DNA of 63,611 nt, counting the filler, from Octopus bimaculoides (Eukaryota): NCBI RefSeq assembly GCF_001194135.2. It is 6 parts of 4 records of this genome, joined end to end, with 100 filler letters (N's around TTAATTAATTAA, not from the genome) between each part and the next. Parts side by side here need not be neighbours in the genome. Positions count along the whole stretch, not along the records: positions 39,506 to 53,680 come from NC_069003.1; 5 more parts are not named here. One strand, written 5' to 3'. Below, one piece after another: positions 40,051-51,186 of this stretch. A model generated the notes under the pieces. That model was not told the origin of the DNA. It saw only the letters and a program-made list of their open reading frames with translations, and did not search any database. Within the stretch, counting starts at the first letter, position 1. The number at the start of each line of letters is the position of its first letter. The translations under genes were made by a program, and so were the position numbers.

Positions 40051-41026
40051 ATAAAAAGAACTACAGTAATCTAACGAGATTTATAACTCTATTGGAATAG
40101 CTTGTACTGTTTCACTTATTGAAAAATATACTACACTGCTTTCTAATTAACTCGTTGACATAATATGTTATGTTAGAAAACAAAGTAGAGAGACAAGCGG
40201 ATATTTGTTTCCTATAGATGATACATAATAAATATATACATAAATAAGGTCTTCAAAACTGACGACAGTCAGGCTGGACGAATAGGACAGCCTGAAACCA
40301 CGTCCATTCTCTGCTCCAGAATTCTCTGGTTTCCCCCCAACCAGAAGTAAAATAAAGTGACAACTTTTTTTACTTCCATTACATTTATCATTCTAAACGT
40401 GTGGTCGGAATGGAAAAAGCCGTCTCTCAGCCCTTTCAAACCCGTTCACAAATAGAAAATTACCTGTTCTTTTCTTTACTAGAAAAAAAGCTCCCGACGA
40501 CTTTCACAGTGGATGGTTCGTAATACCAGCCGTGAGATATAACTGTTTCTTTATGCGATCTATGTACATTAAAAGTGTTGAGAGAGAACGCCATCATCAT
40601 TGTCTTCACATCTTTCATACGTGCAGCTGCAGCTCTAGTATGCATGTAGAACGTATCCCGAACCATCGATCGCCTTCACACAATATCCAGATCAAATGTT
40701 GGTGGGAATTTGCGGAACTTATCTTACTGGAAATTCTCTGAGGAACATTAGCTTTTCAGCTCATCATCCTTAATATCTAGAATATATCTCATGGTATTTA
40801 TTGTTCATATTCTCCATTACCCTTCTATATAATGCAAACAGAAATTCTAGTGACTACAATGCTCAGATGAAAGAACATTATAAGTACGGGAACGATTGTA
40901 AATGCCAGGCCGCGACCTTCGGTCTGTGTTTAATCCAAAAGTGAAACTTTCCCATCAAAATAGACACAAAAAAAAGGCGAGAAAGAAATAAAAAAACAAT
41001 CCTAGTACACAACTGCTACTGTAATC

Positions 41027-41225
41027 CTTTCTACTATAAGCACAGGGCCTGAAATTTGGGGGAGGGGGATAATCGATTACATCGACCCCAGTGTTTTATT
41101 GGTACTTAATTTATCGACCTTAAACGGGTGAAAGGCAAAGTCGACCTCGATGAAATTTTAACTCACAACGTTGCGACAAGCGAAATACCGCTAAATATTT
41201 CGTCCAGCATATTAACGATTGTCAT
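41027..41225 (-). mobile_element. SINE family B
   Basis: Core aatcgattacatcgaccccagtg..ggtacttaatttatcgac..gtgaaaggcaaagtcgacctcg. Possible TSD tactgtaatc at 41017-41026 and 41233-41242. Confidence 0.85.
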
Positions 41226-41819
41226 CAACTATTACTGTAATCGTCGACTTCCTAATCGTGTACAGGTCTCAAGATCTACTGAGGCAAATTATAGCCTCGG
41301 TGGGTGTGAACTCGGAGCACAGAGAGACGAGAAAAATACCGAAAGGCTTTCTCTCCGATGTTCTAACGACTCTGTCAAATCACTGCTTAAATTATGTTTA
41401 ATTACGGCGAAAGCGCGACTGCGTAAAATGAACTCGTTTAATTAGATATATTAAGATATAGGCCGGGGTCAATTAATTAAATAAACACAACGAAAGAATA
41501 ATGAACACGTCTGATTCGATAAAATAAATTATCAAGTTGAACGTTCTATTGTCACAGATATTTCCGGTCATAAAACAAAAGTCAATTGCGGGATAGTTTC
41601 GTTTTGCTATTATCGATGATGTTGCTGTTCATGATGATGATGATGTACATGAAAATATCTCTCACTACACAATATGATAAGTTGATTCTGTTGCATATAT
41701 ATAGATACATACATACATACACAGATAAGGAAATAATTTCATTCTCAAACGCAGGTTAATGCTAATAATATAGATGAACAGGATAGACTAACCATATTTT
41801 GCAGAAAAATACGTCGGCG

Positions 41820-41890
41820 GCCAACCATGCGACTCGAACTCACATCTCTGGGATTACGCGTCAAGTGCTTTACCATTAAGCTAAACTGCC
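41820..41890 (-). pseudogene. tRNA-like sequence (Thr-CGT-like pseudo-tRNA or SINE head)
   Basis: Minus strand ggcagtt-tagcttaatggtaaagca-cttga-cgcgtaa-tcccag-agat-gtgag-ttcgagt-cgcat-ggttggc. A and B boxes are intact; acceptor and anticodon stems pair poorly and U33 is absent. Confidence 0.55.
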
Positions 41891-41964
41891 CAGGGACAAA
41901 TTCTTCAGCAATTTTAGAATGTATAAATCTAGCTTTATAATACGTTATCGTATGTTAAATTCAA

Positions 41965-42565
41965 CTTTGATCTTTTTCCTAGAAGAAGTATTGAAACCTG
42001 TTATATTTGTTATACAAAAATAACAATCATCTGCATGGCTTCGTGGCTCTCTGCCGACTATCGGGACAGCAAAGTTGAAGGCTGCTTTCTTGCCGTTAAA
42101 CCATGCAGTTACTCCATTGTAGCAAGGTTTACATAGATGTGTGGGGCCTAGGATTTGTCCTGATCTCCAGTTTTACAGTCAAGATAATGAAAGTAAGCAG
42201 TTCTCAGGAGGGAAGTAATTGTTCGGCATTGTGCAACTGTCGTGAAATCCCCCCGCACGTAGCAGAATGAATTTGCCTTGATGCATCCTCGGTGTTTTGA
42301 AGTGCCTGAAGCCATTGTAAAGATATGTATCATATGTATCATAAAAATCTGGGAAACGAAAAAAAGACCGCAGCCACTTGGCTGAAACACATAAATAAAT
42401 AAATAAATATATATGGTTACATGAATTGTCGCAAAATCATAATAATGTATATCTCAAAAATTAAAGATGGTGAGTGAAAACTGGTTTTGTATCCGAAATC
42501 AGCACTCCAAAATTAGGCTAAAATAACTATTTTTATGTTTGCCTCAATTTCTCCGTAAAACAGTG
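41965..42565 (-). mobile_element. Chapaev3 (CMC superfamily) DNA transposon 5' end with transposase N-terminus, pseudogenised
   Basis: From ATG at 42315: MASGTSKHRGCIKANSFCYVRGDFT..LLRTAYFHYLDCKTGDQDKS*APHI / frameshift / CKPCYNGVTAWFNGKKAAFNFAVPIVGREPRSHADDCYFCITNITGF. Matches Chapaev3 motifs FCY.CG..GDQDK.WAPH..C..C..W..G....F..P..WREP..H..DCYFC. CACTG terminus at 42565. Confidence 0.85.
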
Positions 42566-42882
42566 TTACCGTTAATTTTTTTCAATATTAAATAAAGTTG
42601 TGTCATACTTTACAGCTTACGTTTATTTTCTGTATTTGTTATCAGTTCTGGAAAAATGTTCTGAGTTTTGAATTTTTGAGGAGCTTCAATTTGTCCTGGG
42701 TAGGAAAGTGGAATGTTTTGCCTGTTCGAAAAACTACAAGAAATTAAGAAGTTATGTCCTGACAGAAAGTTGCATATTTTGAAGTTGCGTAAGTTAAGTA
42801 GCCGGAGGTGCTTAAGAGTGTTATTGTCATAAAAGAAGTGTTTGCTTATTCGAATAATCAGAAGAAACACTTAAATACTCAC

Positions 42883-43230
42883 AGAAAATTGTAGATATTC
42901 AAAACGAAGATGGCAGGTTATCCGCAAGACAAAACAGCCAAGACGCACAAGACAGCGACTGCTGTAGCAACAACAACAACAATAATACCGCACGCGGGAC
43001 GTATGAAAATGAATTCCCCTCGCTTCTTTCCTCCCCTTAACCACCGCTGGAACAAAAAATTACAAACACCAACAACACAAGCGAAAACATTACCACCTCC
43101 AGCAGCAGGTCCAACACCACCACCGACTGACGAAAAAATACAACGAAATCGATACGAGCAAATCCAATCGGAACGGTTTCGACTTCGCGCAAGCAACCCG
43201 ACGAGTGAGCGAAGATATTTTCTTAGCTAA
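42883..43230 (-). promoter_or_regulatory. Candidate CpG-rich promoter and non-coding first exon
   Basis: Donor TTCT|GTGAGT (intron starts 42882), GCCATCTT YY1-like site at ~42907-42914, CCAAT at ~43165, high CpG. A plus-strand TATATAAAA at ~43324 may indicate divergent transcription. Confidence 0.45.
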
Positions 43231-43529
43231 AAATTAGTTCAGGAATGCTAAATGTATGTTGAAGAAATGTGGCGCTAAACATTCTTAGGACTGTCCAGCA
43301 TGAAATCAGTTTGCAGACAGTCCTATATAAAATAAATTGGTGTGAGAAGCAGAAAAGTTGAGCAAGCGATACAGCAACAATTAGAGAAATGCCTAAGTCC
43401 GGTGTGGAAGAGCAAAACCTACGTGACCATGGGGGAAGAAGTATGGGACTGTCTAGGTGAGGTTCGCCTCAGAAGAGAAAGCAAAAATCACTCGACAGCT
43501 AACCTGACGAATAAAGAAATAATTCTTAT

Positions 43530-43592
43530 ACCTACCTACCTACCTACCTACCTACCTACCTACCTACCTACCTACATGCCTACCTACCTACC
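43530..43592. repeat. (CCTA)n microsatellite
   Basis: Direct tandem repeat. Confidence 0.95.
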
Positions 43593-44318
43593 TGGGGCGT
43601 CGAGTATACAGAATCAGAATATTCAATTAACTTCTGCTGGTCAGTAGCTGCAACCCTCCTAGACATAGCTACTTATGAAAAGAGGAAATGTGGAAATGTA
43701 AAGTTGACCTCGATAAGTTTTGGTACTTAGTACGAAAAGATCTAGAACAAATACAATAACATATTTTTGTGCAAGGCTCTTACGATTCTGCACGTCAACC
43801 GCAACTATAATTGAAGAACAGGAGAAGCTGTACCTACGATAGAAGCGTGTCCTATATTGAGATTGAATTACTTTTGCCAGTTCAATGCTGCAGAAATCAC
43901 TGTTTAACGACAATCCAATGAATTGATTAGGGTTAAAACTTGTTAATAGCACCATAACAGCTGCGTTTAAAATTTACCATCAAAGTTGTGTCATTTTAAT
44001 GCAATTTCATAGCAGTCATTTTGCTCGAGTTTCTTTCTAAGCTTATTTATATATTCTGGAAAGAACGATCAACCAATCATCAATATATTCAATTAGCAAA
44101 CATATAACGAAGTGTCTTCGTAAATGCTGCCACAAATTCAATAATTGATGCGATTAATGATATCAGGTATTTGAGAGATTTTTCTTCACAGAATACCAGT
44201 CTGTTAAGTTCACTGCTACCTAATTTCTTTTTAATTCATTGCCTATATGTACACAGCGTCTCCTTCCTACGTTTTCCACATATCATGTATGCGCATAAAT
44301 ATATAAGTTGGTGTGTGC

Positions 44319-44369
<51 letters not shown>

Positions 44370-44561
44370 TATACTAGCTGGCGTACCCGGTAATTCCTGG
44401 GGGTAAAAATGTTCTATTCAAACACCTTACTACTCTGATATAAGAAAGCAATTTCGTTATAACTGCCACAAAAGGAGTATTTTCCGTCACGAAAAAGTAC
44501 AAAAATCTGTCAGCTGGAAGCGAGAGAGATTGCTAGGGGTTGGCGAGAGAGGTAATATACA

Positions 44562-44612
44562 AGTAGTAGTAGCAGCTGTTGCAGTAGTAGTAATAGTAGT
44601 AGTAGCAGCAGC

Positions 44613-44668
<56 letters not shown>

Positions 44669-44688
44669 CTTAATAACGAGAGGAAAAT
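44562..44688. repeat. (AGT)n/(AGC)n microsatellite
   Basis: Direct tandem repeat. Confidence 0.95.
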
Positions 44689-45089
44689 CAATAATTATGG
44701 TTCATGAACCTTTCAGAGTCTCTTTGAGTGACGAGAAGGAAAACAAAAGAAGGGAGGAAATTGTCCTCAAACTGGAACCTAGGTCTGCATCATTGCAATA
44801 GAACGGATTCTGCTAATAGGCATCCTATGTCCATGATGTTAAACGAGATGATGGATTATATATGCTACCGAAGAACAGTGATAGTATAAATTTTACTTAC
44901 AAAGGCTTTGGTATATTTAATTTATTTGTTTATTTGTTTCGCGCTGTCTTCTATTCCGAAAGGATTCGCCTGATTTCCTCGTCTCTAATGAACAACTTTT
45001 AACCAAAAAAACCCGAAATTTCCCCCACGGCAACATACAAAATTAAGTATTTTTCTTTTATTCACTCCAATAAACACATTTATTACCGA

Positions 45090-45334
45090 TGCAGACCACG
45101 GCGAGTCCTCTTGGATTAGTAAGGGCCGGTTTTCCCGTTTCCACGGTGTATATATTCCCCACCTGGATGCTGGTCCGTCGAATAATTACTCATTTTCCCC
45201 CGCTGGGTGGACTGGATTAACGTGAAATGAAGAGTTTTGTTCAAGAACACAACGCATCGCCCGGTCCAAGAATCGAAACCACAATCTTACAATTATGAGT
45301 CCAATACTCTAACCACTAAACCATGCGCCTCCAC
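45090..45334 (-). mobile_element. SINE family D
   Basis: Minus strand gtggaggcgcatggtttagtggttagag..ggtttcgattcttggaccgggcgatgcgttgtgttcttgaacaaaactcttcatttcacg. Confidence 0.85.
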
Positions 45335-45358
45335 AATCTTCTTGAGTTCTCCTTGCAA

Positions 45359-45405
<47 letters not shown>

Positions 45406-46239
45406 TGCTCATTCAAAGTGCTGCGCAGTGGGATGGAACACGAAAATGTATGGCTGTGAAACGAACTTCTTAGCTACCCTGTCATTGTAGTCGCTAGTTG
45501 ACAATATAATGCAGCACTTTTGTTTTTGAATCTGAGAAGCACATTCAACGTCACACAGGAACAAAAATGGTTAACGCAAAGCTTAGAGAGAGATCTTGTG
45601 TGAAACCTGCTATAATCCTAACTATGGAAGTCCAGATGGCATTAACACTTCAGTATAACTGAAGTAGCTCTTTTATCGACTTTAATGATTTCTGCATCCT
45701 GTGATACTGTTTTCGGTGTTGCTATTTCACTGGAAAGAAGCTGAGATTGGTCTGTCAATGAAAGTGCAGATATCTATTTCTGTAAGCGAAGGTGCTGGAT
45801 TAATTTTATAGACAACTTGAGCTTCCTTTCCATCCCTTCTGTGGTACGATCCTGATATTTTTCCGTGTTCTTTTTTTATTTTCGTTGAAAACCGTTCCAG
45901 TTCGCGACTGGAATTCCTTTTTTTTTCCGTTTATTGCTTCACTTACTTTGATAAGAAATCAACAAGGAAGAGGGGGACTCAGTGTGATCACTTTAATCTG
46001 TGAGAAACAACAGTCAAATCTCCCTCAAATCACATGACACAACTTTAAACGGAAAGGACGGTGGTATAGCCACAGCTGAAATGCTTTTTATCTTAGATCC
46101 GCGCGAACAGAATTGATCAGGGATCACGCCACAACAAAAATAACAACAACACCAACAGCACCAATAAAAACAACGATGGCGACGACGACGACGACAACAA
46201 CAAAATAATGGTAACGACGATGAAAACAGCAACTGTAAC

Positions 46240-46293
46240 CTCGTAGCGTAGTGGTTGTGGTGTGATCCATGCTAGGTTCGAAACCGTACTCCG

Positions 46294-46295
<2 letters not shown>
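46240..46295 (+). mobile_element. Short Pol III-type head (A box and B box), probable SINE remnant
   Basis: tagcgtagtggtt (46244-46256) and ggttcgaaacc (46275-46285); spacing is too short for a tRNA. Confidence 0.35.
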
Positions 46296-46342
<47 letters not shown>

Positions 46343-47661
46343 TTTTGCTTTACCAATGCCCTTCATAAATGCAAGAAATTTCACATTTACCCAGTTTCTG
46401 AAATCTCTCAGAATAATTATACGTTTATGATTACCTTTAGTCAAAAACGAATGTTAGCTTTTCCTTTATCCTCCTCTAACTTCCGTTCAAATAAGGAAGA
46501 GAAGGAAGAGACCGGATCCCGGCATTTCGAACCGTAATAAAGCAACCAGAGGAATGACAACTTTGGCATTCTATAAAGAGTTGGTGATGTATGTGACCGA
46601 CGATGTTATTGGATAAATTTTAATTATGGGTATCTTTCAGCTAAGGGATTATAGACAACTAAAGTTCATTGTCTTGGAAGAATTAGCAGGAGAGATTTGC
46701 GTGCTCGGAATGAATTCTGAAAGCCCTTAGTCGAGCTTGTCAGGTGTGTGTGTGTTCAAGATACGAGAAAAGTGACGAAATAATTCTCCACGGATTCATT
46801 CCAAAAAGTTGTCGCCCAAAGTTATGCTGGGTAGTTGTTGCCAAATGTTAAAGTGATCTGACTATCAATAGGTCCATCGTAAAAATCACCCGCCTATTTC
46901 CTCTCGCCAAAAATAAAGTACAGTCAGATGGCTACGGTGATAGACCTGATGTTGCAAACAAGAACGAGAGTACTGCTAACAGAGCTTTGGTACTCCAGCA
47001 AAATTTTCATCATTTTTGTTTTCAGATATCCTTTCAATAAAAATGTAAAAGTGAAGATTAAATTTCCAATTTGTTGGTAGTAATAGGAAGAGATCACTTG
47101 CTTCTCATTCACAGATCGCTTTGAGTTTCAGATACCTATTTCCCTGTTGGAGATATTTGATTGTAATTTTTTTCGCGGTTGTTTCCTACTTATTTTCCTG
47201 TCACACTTGACGTTAAAAAAAACCCTACAATTTTGTAACTTTTCCTAGAAATGTTTCTTTACACATAACTCGTGTGGCAAATAAAAAAAATTAATATTAT
47301 TACTTCTACAATTATTATTACCATTATTATTTGATTAAATATAATGCAACGCTCGAAGATTGGACTGGAAAGCAAATTAAAAATAAAGTATATACAAAAC
47401 TCAAAGGAGTTTTTCAAATCATTTTTTCTGAAAATTACAACTGCGTTTATCTCCATTTTTTTTTTTTTTACAAGAATTATATTCTTTCCTCTGGAATTTG
47501 TTTTCCTCTATATTATTTCGCTTTATTTATTTCTTGTTGTTCCCCATCTTTTCCCTCTATTTTTCTTACTGTTTCTGATTGTGTTACATTGATAACAATG
47601 TGCAAGTTGAAAATCAATTCAGTCGGAAACTTGATCGATTTTGACACTGAAGTGTGCTTAC

Positions 47662-47690
47662 CTTGGAGGGCTGTGGAGGATTGGCGGTGG
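47662..47690 (-). other. Candidate 29-nt internal micro-exon
   Basis: Minus strand accttttctttctctcctcAG|CCACCGCCAATCCTCCACAGCCCTCCAAG|GTAAGC. Strong pyrimidine tract, consensus donor, and no stop in any frame. Confidence 0.5.
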
Positions 47691-47837
47691 CTGAGGAGAG
47701 AAAGAAAAGGTATTATGTGGTATTTAAAATATCGAGCCCTCTTGGCATTTTATTTAACAGATTCAATGTCTCTCTTTTTCTGTCTTTTTTCTGTTCTTTT
47801 TCTTTTCTTTTCCGAAGTTCTGTTTTTCTAATACTGC

Positions 47838-48078
47838 AGTATTTTGTTTATAACAGGGAAAAAGGCAAATGAATACAGTTTGTAGACATAGGTAGGTGAA
47901 ACTACATACAAACACTCACACACACACGCACTCACATACAGACACATGTACATNNNNNNNNNNTATACATGTGTCTGTATGTGAGTGCGTGTGTGTGTGA
48001 GTGTTTGTATGTAGTTTCACCTACCTATGTCTACAAACTGTATTCATTTGCCTTTTTCCCTGTTATAAACAAAATACT
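47838..48078. other. Essentially perfect ~115-bp inverted duplication around a 10-N gap (probable assembly artefact)
   Basis: 47838-47953 is mirrored at 47964-48078 with essentially no mismatches. Confidence 0.75.
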
Positions 48079-48436
48079 ATATATATATGAAGATAAGTAG
48101 ATTGGAAGAATATTTGATAGACAGTTAAATATACAAACAAAAGAAATCTAAATACAGAAATAGACGGTAATAAAATAAAGTGAATAAATAAACAGAAAGA
48201 AGTCTAGGAGTATAGAAATTCACAAAGGAATTGTTGACGGGAATGCGTCTAATAGGAAGCAGGCAGTGACCGTATTTCACCTCCATGCTGATTTATATAT
48301 TTTGAAAACGATTACATACATAAGAACACAGACAATACTCCAGTATGACATCACGTAAAATTACTAAAAAGACTACAAAGCTAAAAAAAAATAACAAATA
48401 TACGTGATATGTATACACATCTTTCAATCTCTGTTA

Positions 48437-48486
<50 letters not shown>

Positions 48487-48986
48487 NNNNNNNNNNNNNN
48501 NNNNNNNNNNNNNNNNNNNNNNNNNNNNNNNNNNNNNNNNNNNNNNNNNNNNNNNNNNNNNNNNNNNNNNNNNNNNNNNNNNNNNNNNNNNNNNNNNNNN
48601 NNNNNNNNNNNNNNNNNNNNNNNNNNNNNNNNNNNNNNNNNNNNNNNNNNNNNNNNNNNNNNNNNNNNNNNNNNNNNNNNNNNNNNNNNNNNNNNNNNNN
48701 NNNNNNNNNNNNNNNNNNNNNNNNNNNNNNNNNNNNNNNNNNNNNNNNNNNNNNNNNNNNNNNNNNNNNNNNNNNNNNNNNNNNNNNNNNNNNNNNNNNN
48801 NNNNNNNNNNNNNNNNNNNNNNNNNNNNNNNNNNNNNNNNNNNNNNNNNNNNNNNNNNNNNNNNNNNNNNNNNNNNNNNNNNNNNNNNNNNNNNNNNNNN
48901 NNNNNNNNNNNNNNNNNNNNNNNNNNNNNNNNNNNNNNNNNNNNNNNNNNNNNNNNNNNNNNNNNNNNNNNNNNNNNNNNNNNNNN

Positions 48987-49041
<55 letters not shown>

Positions 49042-49409
49042 CGCACACTTTATTTGTGGGTCTACTATTGGTTTCATTCTACAATTGGTTTCATGTTAAG
49101 GAAGTCCTTAACAACTATCAAGTCTATCACATGCAACATCTCTGTTCGTCTCCATTTGGGATTAAAACATGGACACGAACACCGAGTGACTACCTGCATG
49201 CCTGCCTTTTATTACTTTATAAATTACAGTTGCTTCTTAAATAATCCACCAAGCAGCAGCACTCTTTATCATATATCAAGCAATGTCGATCATTTGAATT
49301 TGTTTTCAAGGGTTTTGACGGTGTTAAAGGACTGGAAAATAGTCACATCACGCTGGCGATCATACAAGAACATCACATTATTAAAAAGTTCCGTTGTCAT
49401 CTCTTTTAA

Positions 49410-50017
49410 CCCTTCGTGGGCCGGCGGGGTCCCTTAGGACCCCAGCAAATTTTAAAACTTATGCAAATTTTACTTTTTTTTATTTAAATGATTTTATACC
49501 TGATGACGTTTATTGTCAATAGTTTATGTATACACATACAAATTTTGAGTTAAAAATTCCAGTCATATGGATGTTATAGCATAAAATATGGTCATTGAGG
49601 TTCAACTTGACTACATTTGCCTTCTGTGAAATTATTTTTTTTTTGTTCTCTTTTCAGATATTCTAATGAACTATAAGTCAATTTTCTTCGTATTTGTACT
49701 GGTATGAATAGATATACTAAATAATTTTGTTTTATTTTATATTTAGTGTTGTATGTATAGTTTATAAAACTATAATAAAATGCTGATTTATTTCAATAAA
49801 GGGTTTTAATTCTCCTCCGTTAAATGCTAATAATTACAAATATATACCAATAAAGTGCTAAATTCCTTCTTCTGTATCATCCACTCACATATATACAAGA
49901 TTAAGCAAATATTTCCTTATGAATAGTGCGGAAATGCGCAAAAGTAAAAGGGGGTCCCTCGAGACCCCAATGGCCTTTTATGTAACTCCAACCCCAACCC
50001 CACCGGCCCACGAAGGG
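49410..50017. mobile_element. piggyBac-type non-autonomous element, 608 bp
   Basis: TTAA (49406-49409), perfect 15-bp TIRs cccttcgtgggccgg / ccggcccacgaaggg, TTAA (50018-50021). Subterminal palindromes ggggtcccttaggacccc and ggggtccctcgagacccc. Confidence 0.92.
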
Positions 50018-50764
50018 TTAAATGGAATTACCTGATTACCTGAAGACAAAAGACGGCTGTGGAGATGTTTCTGTGAATGATTTTAGAAAACTTAACAGGT
50101 TGTACAATGTCTGTTGCTCCCCGCTTTGTTTTTATATAACGTCTGTATTTAATCACGTATTTTCCTCACACATTTTAACACAGAAAAAGAATTTTTGTTT
50201 CCTTTCTTATTCTTTTATTCTTTTATTCTTGTTTTCAGTTTCCTCATATTCCTCTTCTCTTACTTTTCACCCTCTCTTTCTTTACTTCCTCTCTTCTTAT
50301 TCTTCTTCATCTTGTATTTCCCTGCCTCTTTGTCTTCGTTTCCTTCATTATTTTCTCCTGCCTCTTCTTCTTCTTCCATTTTTTCTCTTCTACTCCTCCG
50401 TCTTCTCTTTCCACCTTCTTTTCTTCCTTCCTTCCCTCCCTTCCTCTTCATCGTTTTTCGCTACACAACACAAAATAAAAACTGATAGCAGATTCATTGT
50501 ACAAGTGAGCAATGTCAACGGTGTCAAACGACCAACTTAAGTTACTAACAGCCAGACTTACTAAATCAAACATTCACAGCAATTAAGGCTTTCTTTACAA
50601 TTTCCTGACGCCCGTCCTTTCTTGTTTTTTTTTAAATCATTTATCTATAATTGCTTTCTTTCTGCTATATCCATACTAATAACTATAAATCACATCGCAA
50701 ATTAATCTTCAATGAAACTGTGTTCGTATTGTTTATCTATATTCATTTAATTATCAATGTACAT

Positions 50765-50892
50765 ATACTCTTTTACTCTTTTACTTGTTTCAGTCATTTG
50801 ACTGCGGCCATGCTGGAGCACCGCCTTTAGTCGAGAAAATCGACCCAGGACTTATTCTTTGTAAGCCTAGTACTTATTCCATCGGTCTCTTT
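50765..50892 (-). mobile_element. SINE family A, 3' tail
   Basis: ttttacttgtttcagtcatttgactgcggccatgctggagcaccgcc..aagcctagtacttattccatcggtctc. Confidence 0.88.
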
Positions 50893-50915
50893 TTATCAAT
50901 ATACATATACATATA

Positions 50916-51127
50916 AGGCGGTGAGCTTACAGAATCATAAGCACGCCGGGAATAATGCTTAGCGGCATTTCGTCCGTCTTTGAGTTCTGATTTCAAATGC
51001 CACCGAGATTAACTTTGACTTTCATTCTTTTGAAGTCGTCAAAATAAGTACCAGTTGAATGCTCGGGTTGATGTGATCGTATTATCCTCTGCCTCGAAAT
51101 TGCTGGTCTTGTGCCAAAATTTGAAAC
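50916..51127 (+). mobile_element. SINE family B with TSD
   Basis: ggcggtgagcttacagaatc..aataagtaccagttg..gtgccaaaatttgaaac. TSD caatatacatata at ~50897 and 51128. Confidence 0.85.
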
Positions 51128-51186
51128 CAATATACATATATATATTTATTTATATGGTTATTTATATATTTAAATAGTTATTTATA

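Noticed and set aside
42910-43230. Plus-strand 106-aa ORF (MAGYPQDK...)
   Set aside because: Low-complexity T/P-rich translation of a promoter-like region; the minus-strand donor better explains the segment.
45650-45800. Penelope-like RT motif (DAEIIKVDKRATSVIL) on the minus strand
   Set aside because: A single weak motif with no downstream RT signature.
47838-48078. Perfect long hairpin as a biological palindrome
   Set aside because: Essentially 100% identity centred on a 10-N gap. A similar 10-N gap at ~33339 has a duplicated flank, which points to contig-end artefacts.
50022-50540. 172-aa hydrophobic ORF
   Set aside because: Arises from a CT-rich low-complexity tract; the F/L/S bias reflects base composition.
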